A stretch of 64,000 nucleotides of DNA from a virus. Its lineage: Duplodnaviria > Caudoviricetes. The stretch's first letter is position 1; each line of letters begins with the position of its first letter. The DNA lies in the IMG/VR virus record IMGVR_UViG_3300031555_003155. One strand, 5' to 3'. Below, one piece after another: positions 28,577 through 37,623 of this stretch. The notes beneath the pieces are model-generated. The model was not told the DNA's origin and searched no databases. It worked only from the letters and a program-made list of their open reading frames with translations. The position numbers were made by a program, and so were the translations under genes.

Positions 28577-30526
28577 TTATTCGTTGATAACGTAATCTGC
28601 AGAAACAACAGTGCTCGGAATCATACCTGCTTTAACAGCAATTACTTTAAGTGTGCTTGTAGCAGCGATTGTTACAGCACCGTTAACTAATTCTGATGTT
28701 GTTGTCGGCTCATTACCGTCTACAGTGTAGTAGAGATTTACTCCAGGTGTTGCACAGCTAATTGTTACTGTCTGAGCGCCTGTGTATGTACCAGCAGCTA
28801 AGCTGATTACAGGTGCAGCAACCTGAGCTGTTGCAGGAGCACTAGGATCTTTTAAACTAAACTGATTGTCAAGAATATGGAACTCACCCTGAACAGGAAG
28901 AACTTCAGTTGTAATAAATCTAGATGTACCCATAACGTTCGGAGTAAGCGGTGTTAATGCATTTCTATATGCATTTTCGATGTTCAAGCTATATTTATAG
29001 TGCTTGAATGTGATAACTTCTTTTGTAAGAGGATATGCAACAACACGGAGACCACGTGATTTCGGGCATTTCATTGTGCTGATTACATGAATTCTGTTCT
29101 TATTAGCGGTCATAACACCGAATCTGTAGTCGAGCTGAATACCACCGATCTTGGTGTCTTCATCAATTACCCAACGTACATTATCCTGGATAAGGCTGAT
29201 AAGGTTCGGATGACCATATACAACGAACATTAAGTCCTGATTACGTAATTTAACTTTTAATTCGTCAATGAAACGATTTAAGTCAAATTTTAATTCGCTG
29301 TCGATCCACTGTGATCTTGTAACGAATTTATTTGCCGGAGGTTCGCAGTTGAAGTAACCTTCTTCAACGAATCCATCAGTGTAACCGAATGGGAGGTCTT
29401 TTCTTGTTCTCCACATATCATAGCTATTATTCAAGAAACCAAGAATTTCGCTATCTTCATACTGTGTTAATACAGTACTCATATCGGCAATGATTTCTGT
29501 TGTAATATCGAAATCAAATAAAGCTTTATAATCTTTGATCTTTTCGAGTGTTAAACCAGTGTTGATACGTGTACCATCCGGAATCTTCCACTCTAAAAGT
29601 TCTCTTTCTCTGTCAAGTTCGATTGTTTCTGTGTTGTTTTCATTTGATAAGTGTCCGCCAAACTGTACCTGTGTGATGAGACCCTTAGTTGAAGCACATG
29701 AAACTAAACCGTTATAGAAGTCAACCTGACCAACGAGAATATCTTCAACGGTTGTACCGTCATCTTTTACATACTTAACTCTGTATGTAAATGAGCTGTT
29801 TGCAGCCATGTTAGGTGATACGTTCACTGCAACAGGAACAACTTCACCATCTACTGTAAGCATAACGCTCTGAATACAGAAGTCGTAAGCAAGGCTATCA
29901 CGGCGAGCGATTGAACCGCCACTTTCTTCAAGAATATTTAAATCCTGGAACGGTAATGTTGAACCGGTAGGATAATACTGTGAAGATACCTGAGCACCCT
30001 TACCTTTATTCATGATTTCTTTATATGAATCATCATAGAAGATATCCGGAATATAATACTTCTTACCAGCAGCATCTTTCAAGAAGCGTCTTTCATAAGC
30101 AGCTTTGATGATGGGCTTAGTAGGAACTTCGGTCATAACGATATCTTTTGAATGACCTTCGATATAAGATTTCTTTAAGATAGGTAAGCTGATACCAACG
30201 ATAGGAGCAAGTGCTGCTACACCAGATTCGGTAAGCATTTCGAGAGAAGAGTTCTCGAATAACTGCTCAAGTTTCTGAGGCATCATTGAATAGTAAGGAT
30301 CTTCGAAAGAGCTTTCCATTACATCGCTTAAAAGCATGTCTTTATAAGCTTCTTTCATAGTATCTACTCTAAGGATTTTTGTAATGTCCGTGATTGCATC
30401 CATTTGATAGGTGCTTTGGAATCCTTCGAACAAGTTCTTTACGTTATCTTTGAAGTCTGCATTCTTATCGTGTGAGAATGAGCCAATAACTTTAACCTGC
30501 TCAGGATTATCTAAATACTCATACAT
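28577..30526 (-). CDS. major capsid protein with C-terminal Ig-like (Fn3-associated/CHB_HEX_C-like) domain
   Basis: High-expression codon usage, propeptide ending near LTESG, own late promoter and terminator; C-terminal APVIS...YYTVDGNEPT...TLKVIAVK. Confidence 0.82.
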   Translation of the reverse strand: MYEYLDNPEQVKVIGSFSHDKNADFKDNVKNLFEGFQSTYQMDAITDITKILRVDTMKEAYKDMLLSDVMESSFEDPYYSMMPQKLEQLFENSSLEMLTESGVAALAPIVGISLPILKKSYIEGHSKDIVMTEVPTKPIIKAAYERRFLKDAAGKKYYIPDIFYDDSYKEIMNKGKGAQVSSQYYPTGSTLPFQDLNILEESGGSIARRDSLAYDFCIQSVMLTVDGEVVPVAVNVSPNMAANSSFTYRVKYVKDDGTTVEDILVGQVDFYNGLVSCASTKGLITQVQFGGHLSNENNTETIELDRERELLEWKIPDGTRINTGLTLEKIKDYKALFDFDITTEIIADMSTVLTQYEDSEILGFLNNSYDMWRTRKDLPFGYTDGFVEEGYFNCEPPANKFVTRSQWIDSELKFDLNRFIDELKVKLRNQDLMFVVYGHPNLISLIQDNVRWVIDEDTKIGGIQLDYRFGVMTANKNRIHVISTMKCPKSRGLRVVAYPLTKEVITFKHYKYSLNIENAYRNALTPLTPNVMGTSRFITTEVLPVQGEFHILDNQFSLKDPSAPATAQVAAPVISLAAGTYTGAQTVTISCATPGVNLYYTVDGNEPTTTSELVNGAVTIAATSTLKVIAVKAGMIPSTVVSADYVINE

Positions 30527-30555
30527 AATTTGAGCACTTCCTTTCTAATATTTTT

Positions 30556-30567
30556 TATATATTTGTT
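30556..30567 (-). promoter_or_regulatory. late promoter AACA-N6-TA
   Basis: AACAAATATATA upstream of capsid gene. Confidence 0.75.
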
Positions 30568-31212
30568 TTATGTATTTAACGTAAAAACACTTATTTTTTT
30601 AAGCATTTCCACATTAATTTTATAAGCTTCTATAAAATAATTATACGTATATAAGTTTTTAACATACGTATCGGTTGTGAATGTTCGTGTTATATACTCA
30701 TATAAATAATCTAGCAGTACTGTGAAATTCTTCTTAACCTGAATAACTATCTTATTAGCTACTATGTCTATATGGGACATTGTATCCAATTTAACAATAT
30801 TATTTTTTATATTAAAATATAAATTTATTGAAGAATTTAATAAATGTAATTCTTTTTGAGCTTCTTCTGGTGATGGTTTTTCTTCATCACCAGTTTCGTC
30901 AACATTAGTTCCAGTATCAACACCATCATCAGTTTGAGTTTCATCGGTTGTATCATCAGGAGTCACTTCTTCAGTATCTTCTGTATGGTCTCCAGATTCG
31001 TCTGAAGACTCATCTTCTGTAGTTGTATCATCTTCAATGGGTTCCTCCGGTTCTTCTTCAGTCTCATCTGTATTAGTATCTTCGGAAGTCTCATCGTCCT
31101 GTTGTTGATTATCATCTTCTGTAGTCTCTTCTTGTTTTGTTTCTTTTGCATCCTTTTCTTTTTCTGTACTATCTGGGTCTTTTGCTTCTTTGAGAATTTC
31201 AAATATATCCAT
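30568..31212 (-). CDS. highly acidic protein, possible scaffold/prohead core
   Basis: About 100 residues of D/E/T low complexity followed by a helical domain; directly upstream of capsid gene. Confidence 0.5.
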   Translation of the reverse strand: MDIFEILKEAKDPDSTEKEKDAKETKQEETTEDDNQQQDDETSEDTNTDETEEEPEEPIEDDTTTEDESSDESGDHTEDTEEVTPDDTTDETQTDDGVDTGTNVDETGDEEKPSPEEAQKELHLLNSSINLYFNIKNNIVKLDTMSHIDIVANKIVIQVKKNFTVLLDYLYEYITRTFTTDTYVKNLYTYNYFIEAYKINVEMLKKISVFTLNT

Positions 31213-31226
31213 AATCGACCCTCCTT

Positions 31227-32849
31227 TTATTTTTCATCTAAGCGATATTTGATACGTTCGATATCCTTTTCGAGTTTCTGTTTAATTCTCATTAATTCAT
31301 ACTTCTCTTTACGTTGATTATCGCTCTTAGCATCATCGATTTTTTCATTAACAATCTTTAATTCACCTTCAAGGTCTTGAAGGATTTTTTTACGTTCTTT
31401 TTCATCTAAACGCTTATCAATAGCCCAAGCTGTTAATGTGCCGATTATTGCTATTAATGGATTTACTAATCGAGCACCTGTTATTCCATTGGCTATTAAT
31501 TTACCTGTAGCGATTGTTAATATTCCTTTTTTAAGGAAATTTGATAATTTAAATCTATATTTTCCTGTAATTATTCTGTTTCTTCTCTCATCAGAATCTT
31601 TTTTCTTAATCTCATCAATAGTATTATTAATAGCATTTATGAATGGGTCGGTAACTTTATTGATAGCAGTATCTATACGCTTAACGTTACCAACAACCTT
31701 TCTAGCTTTATGCAATACCTTTCTACCAGATTTGCCTATAGCATTTGCCGCTTTAGATATACCTGTTGCAGATTTACTATCTTCTTCGAGAATCATGCCA
31801 TTTAAGAGGGTTGTTTTGTTATATAGATTAACTATACTTTCGATAACTGTATCGTCGAATTCGTCATCTTCATCGAATACCATATTTGTTATAGTGTCTT
31901 CAATTTCAGCAACTATATCTTCAACAACAGCTTCATCATACTGAATTATATCGGGTTGCATTTCTGCAACGCCTTCTTTAACAATACCACAGTATTTTCC
32001 TAACATATCTGATGCTCTACGGATTTTATCCATATAATCACGATATATTACATACTTTCTATTGTCTCCATCTTTCAGTTCCTTATACATTGTAGTTATT
32101 TGTTTATTCATAATATTTATATATGCTTTAGCCTGACTCTTGGATACTTTTAATTCTATTATCTTTTCGGCAATAGTTATAGGCATATCTGTCAATACCT
32201 GAGCAGGTGTTCCGCTCATAGGGATTTCTAAAGCAACAAGCATCTGAGTGCTCTTTTCTATCAGTTTTGGAAAACTAGAAAGATATTCTGTTGTATGACT
32301 TGTTTTTATTCGTCTAAGGAGTAATTCATAATCAGTAATCGTTTCAGGATTATAATTTATATTATGAATTAAAATCTCCATCTCATCAACAAGATAAGAT
32401 TCAAATAAACAACCAGAATTGGCTCTATTAATATAAAATTCCATCTGAACTTCATCTTTGATATTTTTTACATCATTTTTCTGTTCTATAGTATCATCTA
32501 TAATGTCGACAGTATTTTCTAATTCTTTTATATGATCCCCATCCACATAATTAGATTCTTTTAATGTTTTTATAAATGTCACAAGACTTTCTTTCTGGAC
32601 TTGTAATTCATTTACATTATCATATGAAGTGCGTATGATATGGTTCATAAATGACGTGCCCTGTGATGGGATTGTGTACATATATGATAAATTTTCTTTA
32701 ATAACATTTGTTGGCTGGTTTCTAAATTCATTCATAAATAAAATCCTATTAGCTGGAGTATCATTCGCCTTTAATTGGTTAAATGATTCTCTTAACGCAT
32801 CTATTTTAGGTTTTTTAGAATTTAGAATACTTTCTTTATTTATATACAT
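31227..32849 (-). CDS. putative internal head protein
   Basis: Many [ILV]xE[SAG] sites; hydrophobic segment LVNPLIAIIGTLTAWAI; C-terminal coiled coil. Confidence 0.55.
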   Translation of the reverse strand: MYINKESILNSKKPKIDALRESFNQLKANDTPANRILFMNEFRNQPTNVIKENLSYMYTIPSQGTSFMNHIIRTSYDNVNELQVQKESLVTFIKTLKESNYVDGDHIKELENTVDIIDDTIEQKNDVKNIKDEVQMEFYINRANSGCLFESYLVDEMEILIHNINYNPETITDYELLLRRIKTSHTTEYLSSFPKLIEKSTQMLVALEIPMSGTPAQVLTDMPITIAEKIIELKVSKSQAKAYINIMNKQITTMYKELKDGDNRKYVIYRDYMDKIRRASDMLGKYCGIVKEGVAEMQPDIIQYDEAVVEDIVAEIEDTITNMVFDEDDEFDDTVIESIVNLYNKTTLLNGMILEEDSKSATGISKAANAIGKSGRKVLHKARKVVGNVKRIDTAINKVTDPFINAINNTIDEIKKKDSDERRNRIITGKYRFKLSNFLKKGILTIATGKLIANGITGARLVNPLIAIIGTLTAWAIDKRLDEKERKKILQDLEGELKIVNEKIDDAKSDNQRKEKYELMRIKQKLEKDIERIKYRLDEK

Positions 32850-32890
32850 GATTGTATATCCTCCTTTCTATCTATAGTTATATAATAAAA

Positions 32891-33403
32891 TCATTTAATT
32901 TTAGATTTTTCTAAGCATTCATTACGTTTTTTCATCAATCCTGCAATGAATTTATCGTTAATGTGTCTAGCACGTGCACGACTAGCTCCTTTAATTTTAC
33001 CGGTTGTTATAATGCCTGCTAAGATAATGCCCCATAAAGCATATGATACAAATGGAATAAACCCACCTAAGAAATCTTCAATATTTTCATCAGGAATTTT
33101 ATCAATGATCTTATATATGGATTTTGCTCTAGTTATAGCCTTATCATAATATGTTAACGCTTCTTTGTAGTTGCCTGCTCTTTCTAACTTCTCAGCTTTT
33201 TCCCAATATCTTGTTGCGTTGTGTTTTGTTATACTGAAATCAACCTTCAAAGCCTCCCAAGATGCCGCAGCTTCTGTTGTTATATAGTATTCATCATCTG
33301 AACTATCTAAGAACGAATCTATTATTGTAATGAATGCATTAATATCAATTTCTATTCCGGACTCCTGGTGAATATTATTTTGTGTAAGTTTATTAAAAAA
33401 CAT
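32891..33403 (-). CDS. putative virion protein, paralog of 33431..33940 (TPR-like hairpin + hydrophobic helix)
   Basis: Near-identical to neighbour; ITTEAA site; ALWGIILAGIITTG. Confidence 0.7.
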   Translation of the reverse strand: MFFNKLTQNNIHQESGIEIDINAFITIIDSFLDSSDDEYYITTEAAASWEALKVDFSITKHNATRYWEKAEKLERAGNYKEALTYYDKAITRAKSIYKIIDKIPDENIEDFLGGFIPFVSYALWGIILAGIITTGKIKGASRARARHINDKFIAGLMKKRNECLEKSKIK

Positions 33404-33846
33404 ACATCAAACACCCTTTCGTATTCTATATTATTTATTTTTAGATTTCTCTAAGCATTCATTACGTTTTTTCATTAATCCTGCAATGAAGTTATCGTTA
33501 ACCTTTTTAGCATACGCACGACTAGCTCCTTTAATTTTACCAGTCGTAATTGTGCCAACTAAGATAATGCCCCATAAAGTATATGATATATAAGGGATGT
33601 ATCCTGCTAAGAAATCCATGAGATTTTCATCCGGAATTTTATCAATAATCTTATATATAGATTTTGCTTCAGTGATTGCTTTATCATATAATTTTAATGC
33701 CTCTTTATATTCGCCTTTCTTTTCAAGTTTCTTAGCTTCTTTCCAATGTTTTTTAGATTCTTTTTTAATGTCACTAAAATCAATCTTCAAAGCCTCCCAA
33801 GATGCCGCAGCTTCTGTTGTTATATAGTATTCATCATCTGAACTAT
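33245..33846. repeat. 62-bp identical direct repeat within a 540-bp tandem gene duplication
   Basis: 33245-33306 is identical to 33785-33846. Confidence 0.9.
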
Positions 33847-33940
33847 ATAATAATGATTCAGTTATCGTTATGAATGCATTAATATCCATTTCAACACAAG
33901 ATTCTTTTAAATTATCATTTGAATTGTTTGTAAAAAACAT
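33431..33940 (-). CDS. putative virion protein, paralog of 32891..33403
   Basis: Tandem duplicate; late promoter at 33968-33979. Confidence 0.7.
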   Translation of the reverse strand: MFFTNNSNDNLKESCVEMDINAFITITESLLYSSDDEYYITTEAAASWEALKIDFSDIKKESKKHWKEAKKLEKKGEYKEALKLYDKAITEAKSIYKIIDKIPDENLMDFLAGYIPYISYTLWGIILVGTITTGKIKGASRAYAKKVNDNFIAGLMKKRNECLEKSKNK

Positions 33941-33967
33941 AAAATCTGCCCCTTTCGATTATATAAT

Positions 33968-33979
33968 TACCATAATGTT
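33968..33979 (-). promoter_or_regulatory. late promoter AACA-N6-TA
   Basis: AACATTATGGTA. Confidence 0.7.
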
Positions 33980-34011
33980 TTTGAATTACGATCATAATAA
34001 TTGTGGCAACA

Positions 34012-34023
34012 AACAATATTTTA
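34012..34023 (+). promoter_or_regulatory. late promoter AACA-N6-TA
   Basis: AACAATATTTTA, divergent from the 33968 copy. Confidence 0.7.
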
Positions 34024-34052
34024 AATATAAATCTAAGAAAGGAATGAGTTTC

Positions 34053-34883
34053 ATGAATAAACAAGAAGTAGCCGCTTATCTTATCATGGAATCAACATCC
34101 GAACCGTCAAGAGTAGACAATCTTGAAGTGTTCGACAAGAATAGTTTATTCTATTTACGATTTGATACAAATCTTCAGGATTTTAATATTCGCAATAGAA
34201 ATAGACGTATATATATGGGTAATGCCATGGTTCCATCATTACAGGCTGAGCACATAATCGAACTTCAAAATAAAAAATCTTGGTTCGGTGAAGCTGGTCA
34301 TCCGATGACTGATGATATTAAACGTATATTAACTATAGACCCTAAATTAATATCTCATAAAATAGTATCTCATACTGCAACCAATACTGGATGTAAAGGT
34401 ACTATTGAGACATTAGATAATAAATATGGTCGTGAAATGACAAAACACATTCTTCAGGGAATGGAACCAGCATTCAGTTTACGTGCTCTTGCACCATTGG
34501 TTAAAAAACCAAATGGCGACTCAGTTGTTCAATCTAAAGCACATGTCGTTACATATGACTGGGTTATTTTACCTAGCCATAAAACTGCATATAGAGATGA
34601 AAGTAAACCCGTTGAAAAAATTATCAAAAAAATAACAGATGGTGGTAATACTGTGCAGGAATGTGCAATAACTCCTGTTCAGGAATCAATGATTAAAGAT
34701 TTTATTGCAATGGAATCGACTAACGTACATTTAATTTCTAATGTATGTGAAGTTGCATTAGAGTCTATGCAGTTAACTGATGATTTAAAGAATGTAATAT
34801 TGAAAGAGAATAATTTAACATATGTCGTATCTCTTGAAGATAAAATTTCTCACGATATAAATCAGTATATGAGAAATTTATAA
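34053..34883 (+). CDS. prohead protease (T4 gp21-like)
   Basis: NRNRRIY, GEAGHP (catalytic His), AFSLRA (catalytic Ser), TYDWVILPS; start reassigned to ATG 34053 after AAAGGA. Confidence 0.88.
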   Translation: MNKQEVAAYLIMESTSEPSRVDNLEVFDKNSLFYLRFDTNLQDFNIRNRNRRIYMGNAMVPSLQAEHIIELQNKKSWFGEAGHPMTDDIKRILTIDPKLISHKIVSHTATNTGCKGTIETLDNKYGREMTKHILQGMEPAFSLRALAPLVKKPNGDSVVQSKAHVVTYDWVILPSHKTAYRDESKPVEKIIKKITDGGNTVQECAITPVQESMIKDFIAMESTNVHLISNVCEVALESMQLTDDLKNVILKENNLTYVVSLEDKISHDINQYMRNL

Positions 34884-34893
34884 AAAAAAATAA

Positions 34894-34927
34894 AATATCC
34901 GGTATATGTAATCATATACTGGATATT
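34894..34927 (+). terminator. intrinsic terminator-like hairpin
   Basis: AATATCCGGTATATG/CATATACTGGATATT. Confidence 0.65.
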
Positions 34928-34955
34928 ATTACTTGTAAAATTAATATAAAAGGAT

Positions 34956-35696
34956 GTGATATATCATATGATGAATTTATCTCAATTATTAACTGCTATA
35001 AAAATGGATTTAGGAATATATGGGTTACGATTACCATTTGATAACCCAGATGAAGCTCTTATGGATGTTATAAAATTAAAAACATTAAATACATTCAGCA
35101 CATTTTTACCTCAAGTAAAAGAATTGTCGATAGATTTAACTAAAGACATGGAATGTATAAAAGAGGAGTATACGGAATCGATATATATACTTCCAAATTT
35201 CTTTGCTGATAGGGAAATATTATATATAAGAAAAATAACTCCTAAAAGTAAATTACTTGGTAATGGGTTTATATCTCCAACATTTGATGGCTCTATAGAG
35301 ACTTATAATATGTTAATGATGACTCAAGCAAATGCTAACTTAGCATCTGTATCGGCACCTGCCATAACATTTAAATTTGAACCACCAAACAAATTATATT
35401 TATATAATATGGCAACGTCTTATGGTATATTAGATATTGAATTCGCATTAGAACATGCGCCAAACTTATCTACTATAACAAAAACATCATGGGAAACTTT
35501 TTATGAACTAGCATTACTTGATGTTAAACGTTTCTTATATAATAGTATGAAACATTATACGGAAATTCAAACAGCATATGGTAATATTAACTTGAAAATA
35601 GATGAGTGGTCAAATGCTGAATCTGATAGAAAAGAAATAATAGAAAAAATGAGAGACCTGTATCACTTAGAAGTGGAACAGTACTTCATTATTTAA
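34956..35696 (+). CDS. putative neck/head-completion protein
   Basis: Size, position and a T4 gp13-like layout (IKMDLG N-terminus; YGNINL near C-terminus); weak evidence. Confidence 0.45.
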   Translation: MIYHMMNLSQLLTAIKMDLGIYGLRLPFDNPDEALMDVIKLKTLNTFSTFLPQVKELSIDLTKDMECIKEEYTESIYILPNFFADREILYIRKITPKSKLLGNGFISPTFDGSIETYNMLMMTQANANLASVSAPAITFKFEPPNKLYLYNMATSYGILDIEFALEHAPNLSTITKTSWETFYELALLDVKRFLYNSMKHYTEIQTAYGNINLKIDEWSNAESDRKEIIEKMRDLYHLEVEQYFII

Positions 35697-35713
35697 TAAG
35701 GAGGTCATTTGGA

Positions 35714-36163
35714 ATGAAAGATTTACAAAAATTATTTACAGCATTAGTTTTATCAAAACACAATATTCAAATTCTTCATTGGAAAGCTATCGGTGTTGAG
35801 TTTGATGCAGTTCATTCAGTCATGGATGACTATGGAAAGTGTTTAAGCAAATTAATCGATGAAGTTGGAGAAATTATGGTTGAAATGAAAATCGATCCAT
35901 TATGCATTCATGGGGTCATGGAATTAGCAGAAAAAGATTCTGATAATGATTATTTATGTATTGACCCAACTCGTGATTATCCTGCTAAAGAAGCATTCGG
36001 TCATCTAAATACTATGCTTACCCTTTTATGCAAATTATATGATTGCATTTGTAAAGATGGTAATATTCCTGAAAATGTTATCGGCAAACTTCAGGAACAC
36101 CAGAGATGGATATCTCTCGAATTAAACTATAAAAATGCAAGAAGAATGTGTTTAACAGAATAA
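35714..36163 (+). CDS. Dps/ferritin-like protein
   Basis: LHWKAIGVEFDAVHSVMDDY...LIDEVGE keeps the H, H, D, E ferroxidase ligands of Dps. Confidence 0.75.
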   Translation: MKDLQKLFTALVLSKHNIQILHWKAIGVEFDAVHSVMDDYGKCLSKLIDEVGEIMVEMKIDPLCIHGVMELAEKDSDNDYLCIDPTRDYPAKEAFGHLNTMLTLLCKLYDCICKDGNIPENVIGKLQEHQRWISLELNYKNARRMCLTE

Positions 36164-36166
36164 AAA

Positions 36167-36201
36167 AATAACGGAAGAAGTTTATCGCTTCTTCCGTTAT
36201 T
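36167..36201. terminator. bidirectional terminator
   Basis: AATAACGGAAGAAG/CTTCTTCCGTTATT between convergent genes. Confidence 0.8.
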
Positions 36202-36211
36202 CTCTTTTCGA

Positions 36212-36553
36212 TTACTCAGTATATGTATCTTCAGAATTTTTCTTTACCATATACTTTTTGAAAACGTTTTCTATATTTTCAAAATATCTATGGAATGCTC
36301 TGTACACAGACTTAAATAATGGCATACAGATTCCTATTAATGATTTATTTTCTTTAATGACATCTGTTAAGAAATCCGGGTTGATAGTGACTTCGATACC
36401 ATCCTCATATTCTTCAATATTAGTTATCTTTTTAAATCGTTCATCAACTTTCCAAACTTCTTCCGAAATATCTTTAGTCTCGATTTCTTCACACACAGAT
36501 TTAATTAAATCATTAATAATACACTTTTCATCTTTTTCAAAATAAATTTTCAT
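36212..36553 (-). CDS. hypothetical early protein
   Basis: 113-aa ORF with AAGGGGAG RBS and early motif. Confidence 0.7.
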   Translation of the reverse strand: MKIYFEKDEKCIINDLIKSVCEEIETKDISEEVWKVDERFKKITNIEEYEDGIEVTINPDFLTDVIKENKSLIGICMPLFKSVYRAFHRYFENIENVFKKYMVKKNSEDTYTE

Positions 36554-36589
36554 ATTTATTTCTCCCCTTTTTATATTTATATTACATTA

Positions 36590-36645
36590 ATAATATATAT
36601 CCATATGCATGTAATATACGATTTTTTATTTTAATTATATATTAT
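36590..36645. promoter_or_regulatory. divergent pair of early-type promoter motifs
   Basis: TATATATTAT at 36590-36599 (minus) and 36636-36645 (plus). Confidence 0.65.
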
Positions 36646-36672
36646 CATTATGAATGAAAGGAGTAATATAAT

Positions 36673-36756
36673 TTGTATGTTCCTCTGTTACCTTATGAGG
36701 AAATAATAATATCGGTCGATAACAATATTTTTATTTTTGAGAGGAGAAAAATATGA
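36673..36756 (+). CDS. possible 27-aa leader peptide
   Basis: AAAGGAG RBS, TTG start, stop overlaps the next start (ATGA). Confidence 0.35.
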   Translation: MYVPLLPYEEIIISVDNNIFIFERRKI

Positions 36757-37550
36757 ACGAATTAAATGCCAATTCATCACCAGTTGTGTGTGCATTTCCT
36801 GGAACAGGAAAAACTTATATGTATGAATTATATAAAGAACGAGCATGCATTTTCGATTCGGATTCTAGTAAATTTTCATGGTTAGAACCTGGAGTTAGAA
36901 ATCCTGAATTTCCAAACAATTATATCGAACACATTAAAGAAGAGATTAAGAATGGAGCTCAAATCATATTAGTATCAACGCATAGTGTTGTGCGTAAAGC
37001 ATTATTAGAGAATGACATACCATTTACTATAGTATACCCGCATATCGAAGATAAAGAAGTGTATTTAAGAAGATATAGAACTCGTGGAAGTAGTGATGAC
37101 TTTATTAAAATGATGGATGAAAATTATGAAAAATTCATCACAGAAATAATGGATGAAGTATCACAAAATCCAAATATGATTGATCCAATAGTATTAGAAA
37201 GTCATCAATATATAACTGACAGAATTGCTTATGTTGATTATAACGAAGATAATACCGATATTGCAAATTTCTATTCTATTGATATGTGCGTAAAAGGATT
37301 GCGTGGCGTTAGTGACTATATAGATCTTATGGGATATCCCGAAACTGCAGAGCGAATCGATTTAATTTGTGATAAAATAGAAGAAATAGCCGATAGTTTA
37401 TCTGCCAATTTAAATTTAATGCAGGATAAACTTTCCAAATTAAATGAAAATTTAAATAAAATCGAGAGTATTCAATCCGCTATCGGCGAATTAAGTGAGG
37501 ATACTGAAGAAAATATGGTTAATATTTCAAAGATATGCACAAATGAGTAA
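36753..37550 (+). CDS. P-loop NTPase/kinase-like protein with C-terminal coiled coil
   Basis: AFPGTGKT Walker A, DSDSS, YRTRGS lid-like segment. Confidence 0.7.
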   Translation: MNELNANSSPVVCAFPGTGKTYMYELYKERACIFDSDSSKFSWLEPGVRNPEFPNNYIEHIKEEIKNGAQIILVSTHSVVRKALLENDIPFTIVYPHIEDKEVYLRRYRTRGSSDDFIKMMDENYEKFITEIMDEVSQNPNMIDPIVLESHQYITDRIAYVDYNEDNTDIANFYSIDMCVKGLRGVSDYIDLMGYPETAERIDLICDKIEEIADSLSANLNLMQDKLSKLNENLNKIESIQSAIGELSEDTEENMVNISKICTNE

Positions 37551-37582
37551 AGTTATTAGTACACAAATTATGTGATAAAATT

Positions 37583-37613
37583 TGGGAAATGCAAATATTA
37601 ATTGCATTTCCCA
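37583..37613. terminator. bidirectional terminator
   Basis: TGGGAAATGCAA/TTGCATTTCCCA between convergent genes. Confidence 0.8.
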
Positions 37614-37623
37614 TTATTTTTTT

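Noticed and set aside
33245-33846. Diversity-generating retroelement template/variable repeat pair
   Set aside because: Both copies are coding paralogs, differences are not adenine-specific, and no reverse transcriptase is in the window
33870-34052. N-terminal 61 aa of the protease ORF as called in the track
   Set aside because: It overlaps the opposite-strand gene and both divergent late promoters; the RBS supports ATG 34053
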